NCBI GenBank assembly: GCA_973895155.1
Contig: OZ316893.1
Span: forward strand, 25,533,520 to 25,597,519
Direction of reading: 5' to 3'
DNA: 64,000 bases
From: Marsupella aquatica
Lineage: Eukaryota; Plantae; Marchantiophyta
Numbering within the stretch: the stretch's first letter is position 1; each line of letters opens with the position of its first letter. The translations under genes and the position numbers were made by a program. The notes under the pieces are model-generated. The model was not told the origin of the DNA, did no database searches, and saw nothing but the letters and a program-made list of their open reading frames with translations. Shown here one piece after another: positions 11,537-24,240 of the stretch.

Positions 11537-14500
11537 TCTCGAGGTGAATGCGTCGACCCACTATTTCTTGCAGAAGTTTTGTGCCTGGAAAAGCTCTTGG
11601 GCTTCTTGGTCGACCCACTCACTCGATCTGCAACATTAGTTTACATCTGTTTTGGTTATATACCATGAGAGGCGAACGGGGCAGCGTGTTGGATTTTTCG
11701 TCCGAATCAGACTGCTTCTGTTCGGCTCGCACGGACTGTCCATCATCATTAGAATGTAAATTTCCTACGTTAATTTTGAGCATGACTGCCTGAGGAGACA
11801 TTCAAGACTCGTGCAGGCATAACCAAAGCTTGATTCGTTTGGGAAAATGACACTAGACCTTCTGCGAAAAGGACACAGGACCTAGGAAAAGTAACGAGTC
11901 ACCGCTTTCTGAGAGAATGACATAGGACCGAAAATATCATGACAATATTTGTCTGAGGGGTAGAATTAACTAGGAAAATGACACTACATTACACTCGCCT
12001 CTAAGCAATATTAATATATGTAACCTTGCCGGATCCAAAGTCCTAATTAGACATGACATTAAGGACGTTCACTTATGTAAAGTCACCAGATTAAGGACTT
12101 AGACAAACGACATAAACCTGCCAAAGCTCTCAATAATATTCAGAGTTTTGGATACTTCGTCTAGAGTAACGCCATTTCTGAAAAACTTATTACCTTGGTA
12201 TATAGACCGTCATCTAAATTAAGGCCAGAAGCAGCGATTCATGGGATTTGAGCATGGAAAGCAGAATCACAAGATTAGGGACATATTACTACTTAAGAAC
12301 AGGTACAGACTGCGAAGCTCATACGGTTCAAAGATTTGGATACACTCAGCGCCGCGTACGCGAGACTGGTGTAGAGCTAGTGTCCTCAATTAATTACGAC
12401 AGCGTCGACAAACAAATGATTCTGACATCGACCCACATCTCATAGGTTCGGTAATCTGTCAAGCAGTGATCCATCATCGAACAGTCATCCCTTGAGAAGG
12501 ACGTCCCTGGGGACATTAGAGGCTGGATTTGCTGAATCCAGCAGTGATCGAGGTAACGCTTTCGGTCATCAATTGGGCTCTCTTGAATGCTCCTTCATGA
12601 ACGGCGGGGTATTCCTGGCTTTGTTATAAGTAAAGTGCCGGATTTCACGGAGAAAATGGGACAGTGAAAATTGAAATTTCCCAAGTCCCCACCCTAGCTT
12701 TCGCATCTACACGCCCGGAGGGATTCCATGTATTGACAGCCAGGCCAATTGCAACCGAACCAGGTCGATCTTAGAGAGCCTCAATCAGTTAATGCTTGGC
12801 ATTTTTCGAGTCATTTCGGAGCTAGAATCTCGATCGCGTGTCTCACCGTCTAGCTCAGTGAGTTGGCGTTGTCGATCGGAGGCATTTCTTCGTTGGCAAT
12901 GCCCTTCCACCACCGCCACCTCCTGCCGCCGCCTCCCTCCCGTCACAAGCTCCCCTCCCGCCCAAAGCAGTCACGCTCTTGTTGGGAAACGCCAACCCAC
13001 CACTGAAGTACTTGATACCGTGTAGAGATGGACGCAGATTGAAGGATGTCCATCAGAGATCAATTCAACGTACAGGACTTCAATTGCCTTGCAGAACTTG
13101 GACACTACGGGCTATTGGAAACGGAAGAGTCCAATTCAAGGGCTGCTGTTAAGCTGATGGGGCGAGCAATGTCGAGCTTCCATCAGCTACAGGTCGACTG
13201 CAAGCTGATGATTGGAAATTACAGCAGCTGTGAATAAATTCAGGCCCCGAACTTGAATGTTGATGTGATCCAGCTCTTAATTCGTCCCACCGATGTCACA
13301 CCCAGTCGGGCACCCAGTACAATCTCGAGACGCAGACCTGAGCTCGTATACTAGTAAATTCTGCAGCTGTGATCACTCACAACGCAAAAGCGTCGGCCTT
13401 CTCCACTGAGTAGGTTAATCATTGATCGTTCACCAGTCCTCGAGTAGGTAATACCAAGTTAGATATATTGCATGTCTGAGGGTGGCTGGGATTTAAATAA
13501 ACCTGTTTTTACTAGCATACCTATGAATCCCCAAAACTGGTGTGCATTACTAACCTGCCCCCAAAACTGCCCAAAAGTACTTTTAATTATCAGGTTGCCC
13601 CCATCTATGATATGGGTTGGTCTAACTCCTAAACTAACTCAATATGACGCACGGTTGGTTTAGGGACACATAGAGGCTTGTGATTCACCCGCTGGTGCCA
13701 AGCTCCTTCAACCATAGTCTCACCTTGACCATGCTAGATTCCCACAAATAACACTCACCTGAACCAAGGTGTTAACTATCTACAAGCAAAAACTATCGCA
13801 TGCTTGTCCCCCTCATTAATTTCCCCCCACTTTTACTCCTGTGAGCCGGCACTTACATTGGTACATTTTCTTAACTATTAGAAACCATCATTCCTTCAAT
13901 TCATACCTGGTGTTTAATTAGGGTCTGCTAAAAATATGGCAGTTCAGCAAAAGAAATACATTTGCTGGGAACCGCCCCCCCCAGGGTATCCCCAAGGTCA
14001 GGCATTGCCCCCCGCCAAAGAGGGGATGGGTTGGGATGGGTTATCTGGTGTGAACCCAATAAGTGAATATTGAAGAAACTAAGTTTGGGAGGAGACTGTC
14101 CAATAACACAAAGATTTAAATTTGAGAATCTTGCCTAGCCAGGAGGTTAAGGCCCATAACCTTGAGACCCTTCCATGTATTCGACGGAGAAAGGTATCAT
14201 GTTTGCTTTGCCGCTGCCAAGGAGCTCGATGAAAAAGGGAGAATATTCAAAGGAGAGTTTAGGGTCAGAGGCCTAGTATTGCGTAGCCCTTGAGCATCCT
14301 AGAATGGCATTCCCATACTTTCTTTCCTTATCTGAACATATGTTTCTTCTTATTTACATCCCAAATTCACATAATCTATGTATAAATAGCTCAATCAACG
14401 CCCAGGCCTTGCATTGCAGAGTATAATTGGTAATGGTAAGTGATTTCTATAGTGTATGTAATTATAGCCAATGCCCTTGCACTCCAGAATAAAATTGGCA

Positions 14501-14813
14501 ATAGTAAATGATGTTGAGGGGAAGTGTTGTCCAAGGTAAATGATATGCCCAAGCAATTGGACACTAAGGTAAATCAACAAGTTTGCTTGACAATAATTGG
14601 ATTTAGGTGAGTGTGCAAGTAATGGGCACAGGACAGGTGCACAATAGGGCAGGTCAAAGTACTCCCATAACCTAAGTGTTACAACTTTTATTTTCTGGAC
14701 TTACCACCCTTATGGGGTACTTATTTCGGTAGCCCATAGCAAATCTGTCCTGGTAGTAAGAACTTTTTATGTCCTGAGTTGTAAGTCATAAGTCAGTTAC
14801 AGCTCCCTAATGG

Positions 14814-14917
14814 GCACCTTTAGGACAACAGCTGGGTGAACCAAAATATCATATTGATCAAACTGCACCTTTAGGACAACAGCAGGGTGAACCAAAATAT
14901 CATATTGATCAAACTGC
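14814..14917. repeat. 51-bp tandem duplication
   Basis: gcacctttaggacaacagc(t/a)gggtgaaccaaaatatcatattgatcaaact x2, one mismatch. Confidence 0.9.
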
Positions 14918-16290
14918 CAGAGAGAGGCTGGAAGCCAGAATACACGCATAAACAGACCATGAGCTATAAGATACATAATTAGATATCTAATTTTCTATCA
15001 TTAGGTCAAACTTATGCTTCTAGAGATCCCATTATATGAGCTCAAATCAAAAAATTATTTCTTAGCGTCTGTCTAGGAAACCTAGCCAAGGAAATATTTT
15101 TGGACTCCCTGTACTTCCTGTACAATTTTTGTGGATCGAAGGTCCCATCAAAGTCCTTCATCCAGTTTCATTTGTATTGCTGGAAGTTTGATCCACCACT
15201 CAAGATATGAGCATCCGCAACCTACTTTTGATTCTGTTACAAGTTCAATCATTTTGTGAGTTTGTGGTGTGCGGCAATCATTTTGTGGGTTTGTGGTGTG
15301 CGGTTTGCGGTCAAATGCGTTCAATGCAGTTTGGTGTTCTGACGATGGCCCTGTCACCGTGAGTCGCACTTATTTCTGGTGCATCCACCACGAGACATTA
15401 TTCGCCGAAACCAAATAGCATCATTCTCCACGAAGAGAGTAGAGGTGATGGATCCATACCTGAAGAAAATCCCACTCCTGGATTAACTGTGGTCTAAGCT
15501 TTATGTCTCGCATCTCCTACGTTGTAGACTGAGAATCAATTAGGCCTCGAGGATTCTTGTTCACAAGAAAACCTATGAAATTGAGAGATCATCTACATCG
15601 AGATAGGTAGCCTAGGTTTCTGAAATAGAAGACCTCATTCGTCCCAGGCAATGCAAGTGATTTACTTAGGCAGTTTAATCGATCCCGGGGTCTCAGACCA
15701 CCCACCGTACTCACTATCTATTCCATTCTTAGTAAGGAATGATTGACCTTCACCGTACTTACAGTTTTAATTATTTAATTATAAATGAATGATCGACACT
15801 TATATAGAAGCGCTCATGGAACACTTACTTAGGCTTGCTAGTTTTGGGTCGTCTGTTCGACACTCTGACGTTTCAATTTAAGAGGGCCCATGGGATGGAA
15901 TGCGAAATATAAATATCACAAGGTTAGTGTAAGGACTTATGTGGTCTTTCTTCTACTGTCGTAGGATATTTTGGTACGACAACACTCAACATCCTGGGCA
16001 GTATTTGCATTTTCTTCGGACTTGGAAAAAGCTTTAAACAAAGTCAGTTGCAAAGAATATATATATATCCATATTAAGGTTCTTCGCAAATTACGAAGAA
16101 ATGCGAATGAAGTTCAGCCACATCAAAATTGTTAGAGAAAATATGTGAATTAAAGAGATAATCATGTAGAGCTAAGAGGTTTCATTTCAATACTCCAGAG
16201 CAAATCTTTGAGTACTAAGTTAGTACGGAGAGCTAACTTGAGACGCAAGGTTCATGAGCTTTTCGTACCGTGCCTCTAAGCTGAATTGTT

Positions 16291-17215
16291 TTATGATAGT
16301 TGACCACTTTTCTTGCTATAACATTGACTCGAAGTGAATAGTGAGTAGTCGGTAGGCGAAGTACTTCTCGCTATATGAGCTGACTCCACGTACAGAGCCT
16401 GTCTGAACTGGAGTATCTGCTTTTGGAATAAACTGAATAATTTTGATTGATCGATTTCCGTAGAGTCATTGTTACCTGCTTCCAAAGTTAGGCGGTCTCT
16501 GTCGGAATTGGAATGTACGCGCTCCCGTACACGCTTTGATTGAATGGGTTGTCTGCTTTTAGAATAGACTATGTACGTAGTTTCCAGTTCCTGTGAGCTC
16601 CGATGATTGACTTGTCATTGTCGTGCTTCCCTGGTCGTATGGTTTCTTTCTGAATTGGAGCATGATTGTGCTTAAATTTTGTGGTCTCCTTTTGCAACAG
16701 ACTGCATGGTTAACTTCCCCATCCGATGAGCTGGGATCTTTGGCTGGCATGCATTGTCTCGGATGTCTCTTTCTGAATTGGACTATTTGCTTTTGTTTGG
16801 GTGGTCTCCATTAGGAATAGACCACATGGTTTCCATCTCCCGTGAGCCCGGATATCTAGCTTCCATGGTCGGATGGTCTCTTTCTGAACGGGAGTGCGCT
16901 TTCCGTGTCCGACCGAGCTGTGTAGGCTTAACATTGGCTCCTGTGGCTTACATCCAAAGGTGGACTGTCTCTGAATCAGACTCTTGGCTGGTGTTCATGA
17001 CGGATTTCAGATCTTGACTTGCCAGATCTTGCTTCCAATGGTGGGATGATATCTTTGTGTGCATGTTTGTGCTTTCGATGTCCGAGTTCTATGGAGGCTT
17101 GACAATAGCAACTACAGCTTGCATCCAATTAATGTGGGCTCCCTCTGAATCAGACTCCTGGTTCATGACGCATACATCTTGACTTCCCAGGTCTTGCTTC
17201 CAAACCAGGAACATA
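16291..17215 (-). pseudogene. Decayed internally repetitive sequence, possibly a former repeat-protein gene
   Basis: About six units of ~110-165 bp with the core tccaattcagaaagagac/tctgattcagag. The 3' four units translate in one frame as recurring S(N/R)S(E/D)R(D/N)...EA with scattered stops. Confidence 0.35.
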
Positions 17216-18284
17216 CTCTAGTGAGCGCTTTACCCCCGAGTCTGCAACAAGTTCATCATAATCTTAACGACCAGCGGGGGAAAAATCATGTGGAGAGAGG
17301 AGAAGACAAGGACAGGAGGTGATGAATTGTGCAAACGTGGGTAAGTTTCGAACAAGATCAGCATATTCTGAAAGAGAGAGATCATGCAAAGAAACATATA
17401 GACAAGGACAATAGGTGACGAATTGGGTCAATTGGCGGCCAATCCCGTTGACGTTTCAAATCCCCGGCCAGATCGATCCATAGCCTTCTGACATGGCCTG
17501 CTATCCCAAAGGCCTCACGGTTTCCGAACGACAGTACATGAGCGAATGATCTAACACCAAAGCCGGATGCGGGAATAAGCCCATATTTCAAGGATGCGAC
17601 CAAAACTAGTCGTGTTGACTAACATTGCCTTGAAAGACGGTACTCCTGTCCCTTTCATACGGACAAGTCCAGTACTGTATACATTTTCATTCGTAACGAT
17701 CAAGAGTCACAGGAGCACAATTATCCGATATTCGAAAGTCGTGAGTGGTTAATTAGGTGGAGAACGATAGTCTGATCCAGCTTCCAGCTCAGTCTACAGG
17801 ATTTAGAGAGAATCTCGTTCCTTAAGTAGGACCTGAAGAACACTATTCTGCAAACAGTTCGTTGCCCGGATGGCATTAATTCACCTAAATAATGAAAGCT
17901 CAGGTAGTCATCTGAGAGTTTGATATGGTAACTAACTATGCAGTAATTAGAGATTCATGCCCACGGAGGAGTCTACTCTCAGTTATCTATATGTCACCGC
18001 TTTGTCATCTTTATAGGCAGTGTGAGCAGCACTCTGCCTTGTAATTAATATCAACAAGCTAGCAACGTACATATGCCTTCTACATTGCTATCAATCCAAG
18101 TAGTAGTGAACAGAACGTACTCGATTCAATTCAAATTCGATGATCATTTCCGAGGTTCTATCTCGTCACCAGCATCTCCAACGTACTGGCAAGATTCTTC
18201 CATATGCTCAAGGAGGATTCACGGATTATAAGTGTTTGTCAATTCTACGTACACTTTAGTCCAAATTCTGCATAATTTTAATTT

Positions 18285-18600
18285 GGGCCCAAGTTGGAGA
18301 TGAAGCATGCGAGATCCATCCCAATCTTCGCTGGAAAGATCCTTCCATTTGCTCCAGTAGGACTAACGGAATTAAAGTGTTTGGTAGGTCTACACTTTGT
18401 TCCGAACCCTGCCAGCAATTGGAGAATCGATCTATGAGAATTCTATGTCAATCTGTTCTGAAAAGATACTGCGATTTGCTCCAGGAGTATTAACGGGATT
18501 GAAGTGTTTGACAGGTCTACAATTCGGTCCAAACCCTGCCAATAGTTTTGGCCCAAGCTAGTTGGAGATTAGCCATGCCAGATCCACGACAATCTGTTAA
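18285..18600. repeat. Degenerate ~130-bp tandem repeat (~2.3 copies)
   Basis: atttgctccag...taacgg.att.aagtgtttg..aggtctaca...aaccctgcca occurs twice. ggcccaag..ttggagat occurs at both ends. Confidence 0.7.
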
Positions 18601-21270
18601 TAAGCAACGAGAATCCTTTGCCATCCTTAGTCGGGGCCTTAGTCATGATATTGAGCTCACGCAGACGTCAACTCAGGTCAAGCCGGTACACGTCTGTTCG
18701 ATCGTGCGAAGCACTGCTATTGTCATGCGCCTTACCTGCAATGAGGAAGATGAATCCTCAAGGATCTTTCCAATACGTTGGAGACGTCGACAGGACAGCG
18801 GCAAGTAGTGATCATGCTCTCTGGCGAGTGAGGATAGTCAGTCGTCCGGAATGTTTACGAGAGGTGTAGGAGACGATGTAGCTGAGTCGGATGGTTGCGG
18901 ATCTGCAATGAGTACCACGTCGTTGTAGATGCAGAAGTCTAGTACAAGTTCACGCATTCACCGCTTGTGAGGGCATGGCCTCCGTCAGGCAGATCCGTGG
19001 CCCTGCCACCCAGGCGACTAAAGCACCAAACAGGACCCCCCGCGTTGTTGAAGAGCTCTCGACCAGAATTACCCTCAATTCCTTGCCTGTCCATGATAGA
19101 ACAGATGGATTGGCAGGTCCAAGAGTCCTACCATTTCGATCAGCCGCCAAGTACTGGTGACGATCGAGTAATTCGAGATGTATCCGCTGAGTCATCGTTT
19201 GGGTAGGTGCCTCGCATATCCCTGATAGAACAGAGTTCTCGTGTAACGCTGTGAGGTACGCAGATCGCAGGTGACGGCTGGCTTATAGCTCTGTAGCATC
19301 TACGAACCGTTGAACGTCGGTGTAGAATCCGTAGATGCTCGTTCACATCAAAACGATTCCTACTAATTGATGACTCTCTCCACTATCGATGTCATCGATG
19401 ACTTACCTCTTAGAAATCAATGACTATCTCCGCATGAGCGAAGCATGACTCAAATTCTCCGTGCTTCCAAATTCCTCTCTCAGAAACTAGATTTGAATGG
19501 CATTCAAGAGCAATAACGAGGGGGCGAGGCTCATGGGAATGTAGGAGAACAAATTCCAGCTGGGGACTTGCACAAAATAGATCAAGGTACAACTCATCAT
19601 CCTGCTCGGCCCAATTCACCTTCGTTAAAGTGCAAAACGAAGAGCCTGGATAACAGGGGGGAGCTTGAGCAGATATCAAACAGTTGGTGGCAAAAGTTGG
19701 CAGACAACATATATAACCGTAGAGATGGAACCTGACGTAGACGATGTGACAACCAACTTATTTATCAAGAGAGAAAAAATGGTAGGAGCAGAAACGACTT
19801 CTGAAGTCGAAAAGTCGGAAACGTATGGAAGATTGAACGCCCACAGATGAAGAACCGAAACGATGAAAGGCTAAATGAGGTATCTGAAAAACGAACAAAA
19901 ATACTGGACTCGAAATAACGAGATGAGAAAACCGAAGAACACAGATGAAAAACACGAAAATATAATAAGATGAAAAGGAATACTCAAGTCGAAGTGAGGG
20001 AAAGGGACCACTGAAGACAAAGATTGAACGCTCACAGACGAGGCAGACGAAAGAGAACAGTCAAACTGATTGTAAGAGTGAAAGGTGAATGAAATGCTGA
20101 AAGACTGCATGAATCACTGTAAAAACCGAAACAAAATAATAACAAAAAAGTGCAAGCTTCGAAGAATAGGTCAATTGACTTGTGGACAGGGATTAGGGTT
20201 TAGGGTCAGTCTCTTCAATCGAGAATTAATTACTGCAATCTGATTTCTGCAAAAGAACTAGTAACAAAAATTGCCGACATGTTTGTGAACTATCGCCTCT
20301 TTGGTATCCTTGATTCTCTAGGTGGTGCCAACCTGGTCAAATGTGCCCCTGATTCTCTTGGTACCTGCTAACCTGGTCACCGTCGACGGACTGTGGACAA
20401 GCCACTTTCAACTGGTGTCGAAAACGCAAATGATAATCCTTTGCCCTGAAAATCACTTGAAGTTCCTTTTAGTCTTAGAAGGAATCTTTCGTTCGTTTAG
20501 AAACAACTCACATTCAGAAGAAAACACATCCCCGAACACATCTCTTGGTCCCCAACCCAGAGTAAGCCTTTCTAGTACCCCAACCGAAACCTTCACATTG
20601 TCTAACGTTTCAGCCCACTCACTTTCCCTTCGAGCCAATGGGGAAGGGAGTGGATTGAAATGTGATGACCCATTTAATGGGTTGGTAAGAATCTTACGTG
20701 CAGGCCGGCATATTTCGTGAGTCGGCAAGTGAAAACTTGGAACAGGTTAACGAGATGGATGACAATTGTGACCGTATTAGGAGCGAAGTTGAGAACGATA
20801 TCAGGAGATTTTGTGAGTAAAAGCCAAGAGACTGATCGTCTCACGACAATGTAAAACCGAGACTTGTAATTTGTGTCGAGTGGAGGACTCTATACATTCA
20901 TGTCTGTCCGGCCCCATGGACTATTTTTCGGACAGATGTTCTCCATTGAAAGTTGGGAAGCTTTGACCTAGAGACCGACACTTAATTTTCTAGCAGTCGC
21001 CCCAAAACTTCCACAACAACTTCTCAAAATATCCGATTTACAAATTGCAATCTGGGTCGCAGTGTGACGGTTATAACCTCACGACAAAAGTCGGTCACAC
21101 CGATTTTCGAATCTGTCCTGACTAAACAGCGGTGGATAAAATCAACTCCCACCTCAACATGGTTTATTCACAAAAAGCACATCCTATTATATAACAGCTG
21201 GTGGAAGCATCTCCACAATTGGTTCTCAACCCATTCAAAAATTGAAGTGGCAGGATATGTCCCACACTTA

Positions 21271-21990
21271 CTACAAGGGTAGCATGAGTATAGGACATGG
21301 AACAAATTCCCCAAGGAGGTTCCCATCCACATGCTTATGATGAATTGCTTCCATACTCATGATCACTAAATCCAGGCCCATATCGTCCGCCATCTCACCT
21401 ATGACAGCTGCGGGCTTCTGCCCCTCGCCCATCCTCTCCACCAGTGTGTACTCTTCACAACCTCCTTCAGAGAGATGCCAACGAATGGTGTTCAGCTGTA
21501 ACTCATGCTTCTCTTTAGCTTCCTTACTGTCGTCCCTTGCTCCCTCGTCCTTAGAGCTCTGGTGGTGATCAATTACAACAACAGTAACATCTGCCCCATA
21601 CTGTCTTGCCAACGCTGTGGTGGTGGCCACCGTCTGCCGTGTCGATTCGCTCAGGTAGGGATTCCGATCGATGATTGGCAGCAGAACATGCTTGAAAGCC
21701 ATTGCTGTCCCGAGCTTAGGGTTTATGGTCGCCTCACTTGATGATGGAGACGAAGGGGACGCAGAGGAAGCAGAAGCCCTTACTGATGGCACACTTACTG
21801 ATCGATGTGCTGCAGCCAACACTCCGTATTCCAAAAGAGGACCAGGAGAAAGGCGAATTGCCTTCTTCAGAGACCTGCTTCTTGCCACCGGATCATGAAG
21901 ACTGCATACGGAAGACGAACTCCAGGCCAACCTCTCAGATTGTGTCACCCACAAACTCCCACCCACTTGAAATCGCTGTGCCACAGCCAT
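21271..21990 (-). CDS. Plastid-targeted universal-stress-protein (USP/adenine nucleotide alpha-hydrolase fold)-like protein, 239 aa, intronless
   Basis: A Ser-rich transit-like N-terminus from the ATG at 21990 precedes the conserved plant domain FKHVLLPIIDRNPYLSE.TRQ...IRWHLSEGG...IGE.AD....DLVIMSMEAIH.KHVD.NLL.EF.PCP.L.LPL. Confidence 0.88.
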   Translation of the reverse strand: MAVAQRFQVGGSLWVTQSERLAWSSSSVCSLHDPVARSRSLKKAIRLSPGPLLEYGVLAAAHRSVSVPSVRASASSASPSSPSSSEATINPKLGTAMAFKHVLLPIIDRNPYLSESTRQTVATTTALARQYGADVTVVVIDHHQSSKDEGARDDSKEAKEKHELQLNTIRWHLSEGGCEEYTLVERMGEGQKPAAVIGEMADDMGLDLVIMSMEAIHHKHVDGNLLGEFVPCPILMLPL

Positions 21991-22372
21991 CCCAGCTCTC
22001 GTTGATCTCTCTGATTCGCTTCCTAGTTTCGGATATCTCTTCCTTCTCTTACTAAAACAACAACAGAGGAATGCGAATTGACTGAGGTCAGCAATGGGTC
22101 GAATACATTCGATTGAGGTCGGCAATTGATTGATTGATTCCTGTTAAGAACTATTGGAGCTGATGAGGATGCAATTTGCAGGAGGAGAAAGGCGAGAACA
22201 GTGAAATGCCAGGAACGAGGATGAGGCTGGCTGACTGTCTGGAATTGTAACGGGGGTTTGTGCACGCGAGGACAGACATGCAAGACTAACTTGTCCGACG
22301 CTGCCAGAAGAATCCGGTGGGCCTAATCCACATGACATGGCGACACAGTCATCACAACAGGTACTGTACTCA

Positions 22373-23116
22373 AAGGTGGTGCTAACATCAGCTCCCAGTC
22401 TATTTATTTTAATTAATGTTGGGCCAGTGGTGAGAGGTGGTGCTAAAATCAGCTCCCAGTCTGCTTTTTTTTAGTGGTGGGCCAGTGGTCAGAGGTGGTG
22501 CGACCTCTCAGTCTGGGGTGTACTGGTGGGGATACTGGTTATTCCTCAGCCCTGGCTCGTTGTCGAGCCCTGGTTTAACTCTCTCTCCTTCCTGGTCTGG
22601 GTTCCTGATGGCAGCCTTGGTTTAACCCTCTCTCCTTCCTGGTCTGGGTTTCTGTAGGATTCCTGGGTATTGTCCACTTGTGGCTGCCCTGTAGAATTAT
22701 ATGCTTGGGAGTACATCCTCTCTAGTGTGTTGGATGGGTCTCCTTTCAGTTGCCAGGCAAACATAAGATAAGCTCCCAGTCTGCCAGTGCTGAAACTAAG
22801 GTGGTGCTAAGATCAGCTCCCAGTCTGGGGTGTAGTGGTGGGAGTACTGGCTACTACTCAATTCCCGGCTGTTCGCTTTGGGCCCGGGTTTAACCCTCTC
22901 ACCCTCCTGATGTGGGTCCCTGTCAGATCCCTGGGTGTCGTCCCCTTGTGGTTTGCCCTACAGATTTGCATGCTCCAGAGTCCCGGTCCAGTAGGTCATC
23001 TATCCACTCTTGGATGGGTCTGCTTTGGGTTGGAAGACAGATCAGCTCCCAATCTGGGGCTTTTTCAGTGTTGGGCCAGTGCTGAAAGGTGGTGGTAAGA
23101 CAGCTCCTAGTCTGGG
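22373..23116 (+). mobile_element. Array of a ~27-bp motif (ggtggtgctaaNatcagctcccagtct) with two inserted ~210-255-bp SINE-like copies (22515-22769, 22827-23038)
   Basis: The motif occurs at ~22375, 22436, 22494 (partial), 22800 and 23088. The two inserts are homologous, start GGGGTGTA(C/G)TGGTGGG and carry GGTTTAACCC (B-box-like). A third relative is at ~25340-25490. Confidence 0.5.
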
Positions 23117-23191
23117 TTTATTTTAATGTTCACTTGGCCATGTAAGGTAAGATCATGTCTAACCCTTACAGTCAACAGTGCCTATTTAAGT

Positions 23192-23600
23192 GCAGGCTCT
23201 CCGGAAGATATCACCTACCAGCAGTTATCCAGTGAATGCACTATGCCTATAAGTGCATGGGATATCATTTATGCACTTCTCCATATGTGCATGGTCTCCA
23301 CTACCTAGTAACTGCAGGGGAGTCACTCATGCACGTCTCCATTTGTGTTGTCAGGTGACACACATCAGACTCCCCAAGTCCTCATTGCAGGATGCAAGTG
23401 GATAAGTGCATGAAACTGCTTTATGTACTAGTAGTTTGATCCATTTATCAATAAATGTGTCTTATGTATGTGCTGCACTAACTTATAAATGCATGTGTAT
23501 AGATATAGATGGAAATGCACTGTCTTATGTATTTAGCGTGTAGTGCCAATAATTTATTGTTTGGTGAGGGTCAACTTGCACTTACGCAAACGGCATTTTG
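23192..23600 (+). mobile_element. MITE-like dispersed repeat with CAGGCTC(T/C)CC terminus; inverted copy at ~42680-43438
   Basis: 23222-23295 aligns to the reverse complement of 43050-43128 (gcactatg..ataagtgcatggg..tcatttatgcacttctccat). The terminus caggctctccg matches cggagagcctg at 43428-43438. Confidence 0.6.
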
Positions 23601-23842
23601 ATGCATTTACAAAGGAATTGTGGTAATATTAGGGGACTACGTGGCCAGCCTGCACTCAATGGAATTTCAATGCTACACTTAGACAAGGTTGACTGTACTG
23701 GAAACCCTCATTGTAAGTGCATGTTGACTAAACAAGTAACTAAAATGCAAAAAAGTGATGTACAACATATTCACTTCAAGTTTTCATGCATTGTTTTGGT
23801 ATTTTGGTCACTGTTTAATTTAGTACAGTTTTGATTATGGAC

Positions 23843-24240
23843 CCCCATGGGAAGCTCCTTCCAAATCCTTGGAAGCACATGTAACCACATCAGCACTATT
23901 GGTCACACTATTAGTTATGCAAGAAGAACCAAATGTCACTAATATCCGTGGTTGAGGCAAGGCAAAGACAACACTTCAACACCATAACTGTAAAAACAAT
24001 GGAAACTGAAAAGTAACACTTCAAATAAACAAAAAAAAATGGAAAATAGACATATACTAAAAGAAAATAACCTTAGTTTGGATGTGTTGTCATTGATATT
24101 TCAGTGTTTTCCGGGAAATTGTTTGGATTTTCTATTTTATTGGCAAAGTTTTGAAATAATCATGGATAGAATGAAACTCTTCAGCTTCTATGGCAATACA
24201 CTAAACTGTTTGGCTACTATGGGCAAAGGAATAACAAGGG
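23843..24240 (+). repeat. Dispersed AT-rich repeat, homologous to 36220-36770
   Basis: Collinear shared blocks: ccccatgg.aag, ccacat.ag.actatt.gtcaca, tta.ttatgcaagaa.aaccaaat, aaactgaaaag.aaca.ttcaa and tttggctactatgg. Confidence 0.65.

Noticed and set aside
12890-13240. Pro-rich stretch and kinase-like fragment (DFNCLAELGHYG...AAVKLM)
   Set aside because: Too short, the Gly-rich loop is incomplete and no downstream HRD/DFG motifs were found.
18550-20730. Several 60-130 aa ORFs, a splice donor at ~19405 and a telo-box at ~20195 suggesting a gene
   Set aside because: No recognisable domain or consistent exon chain. It could be a non-coding or UTR transcript but this is unsupported.
22373-23116. 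CRISPR-like look (27-bp repeats with variable spacers)
   Set aside because: Plant nuclear context and no cas genes. Spacers are irregular (30-255 bp) and homologous to each other.
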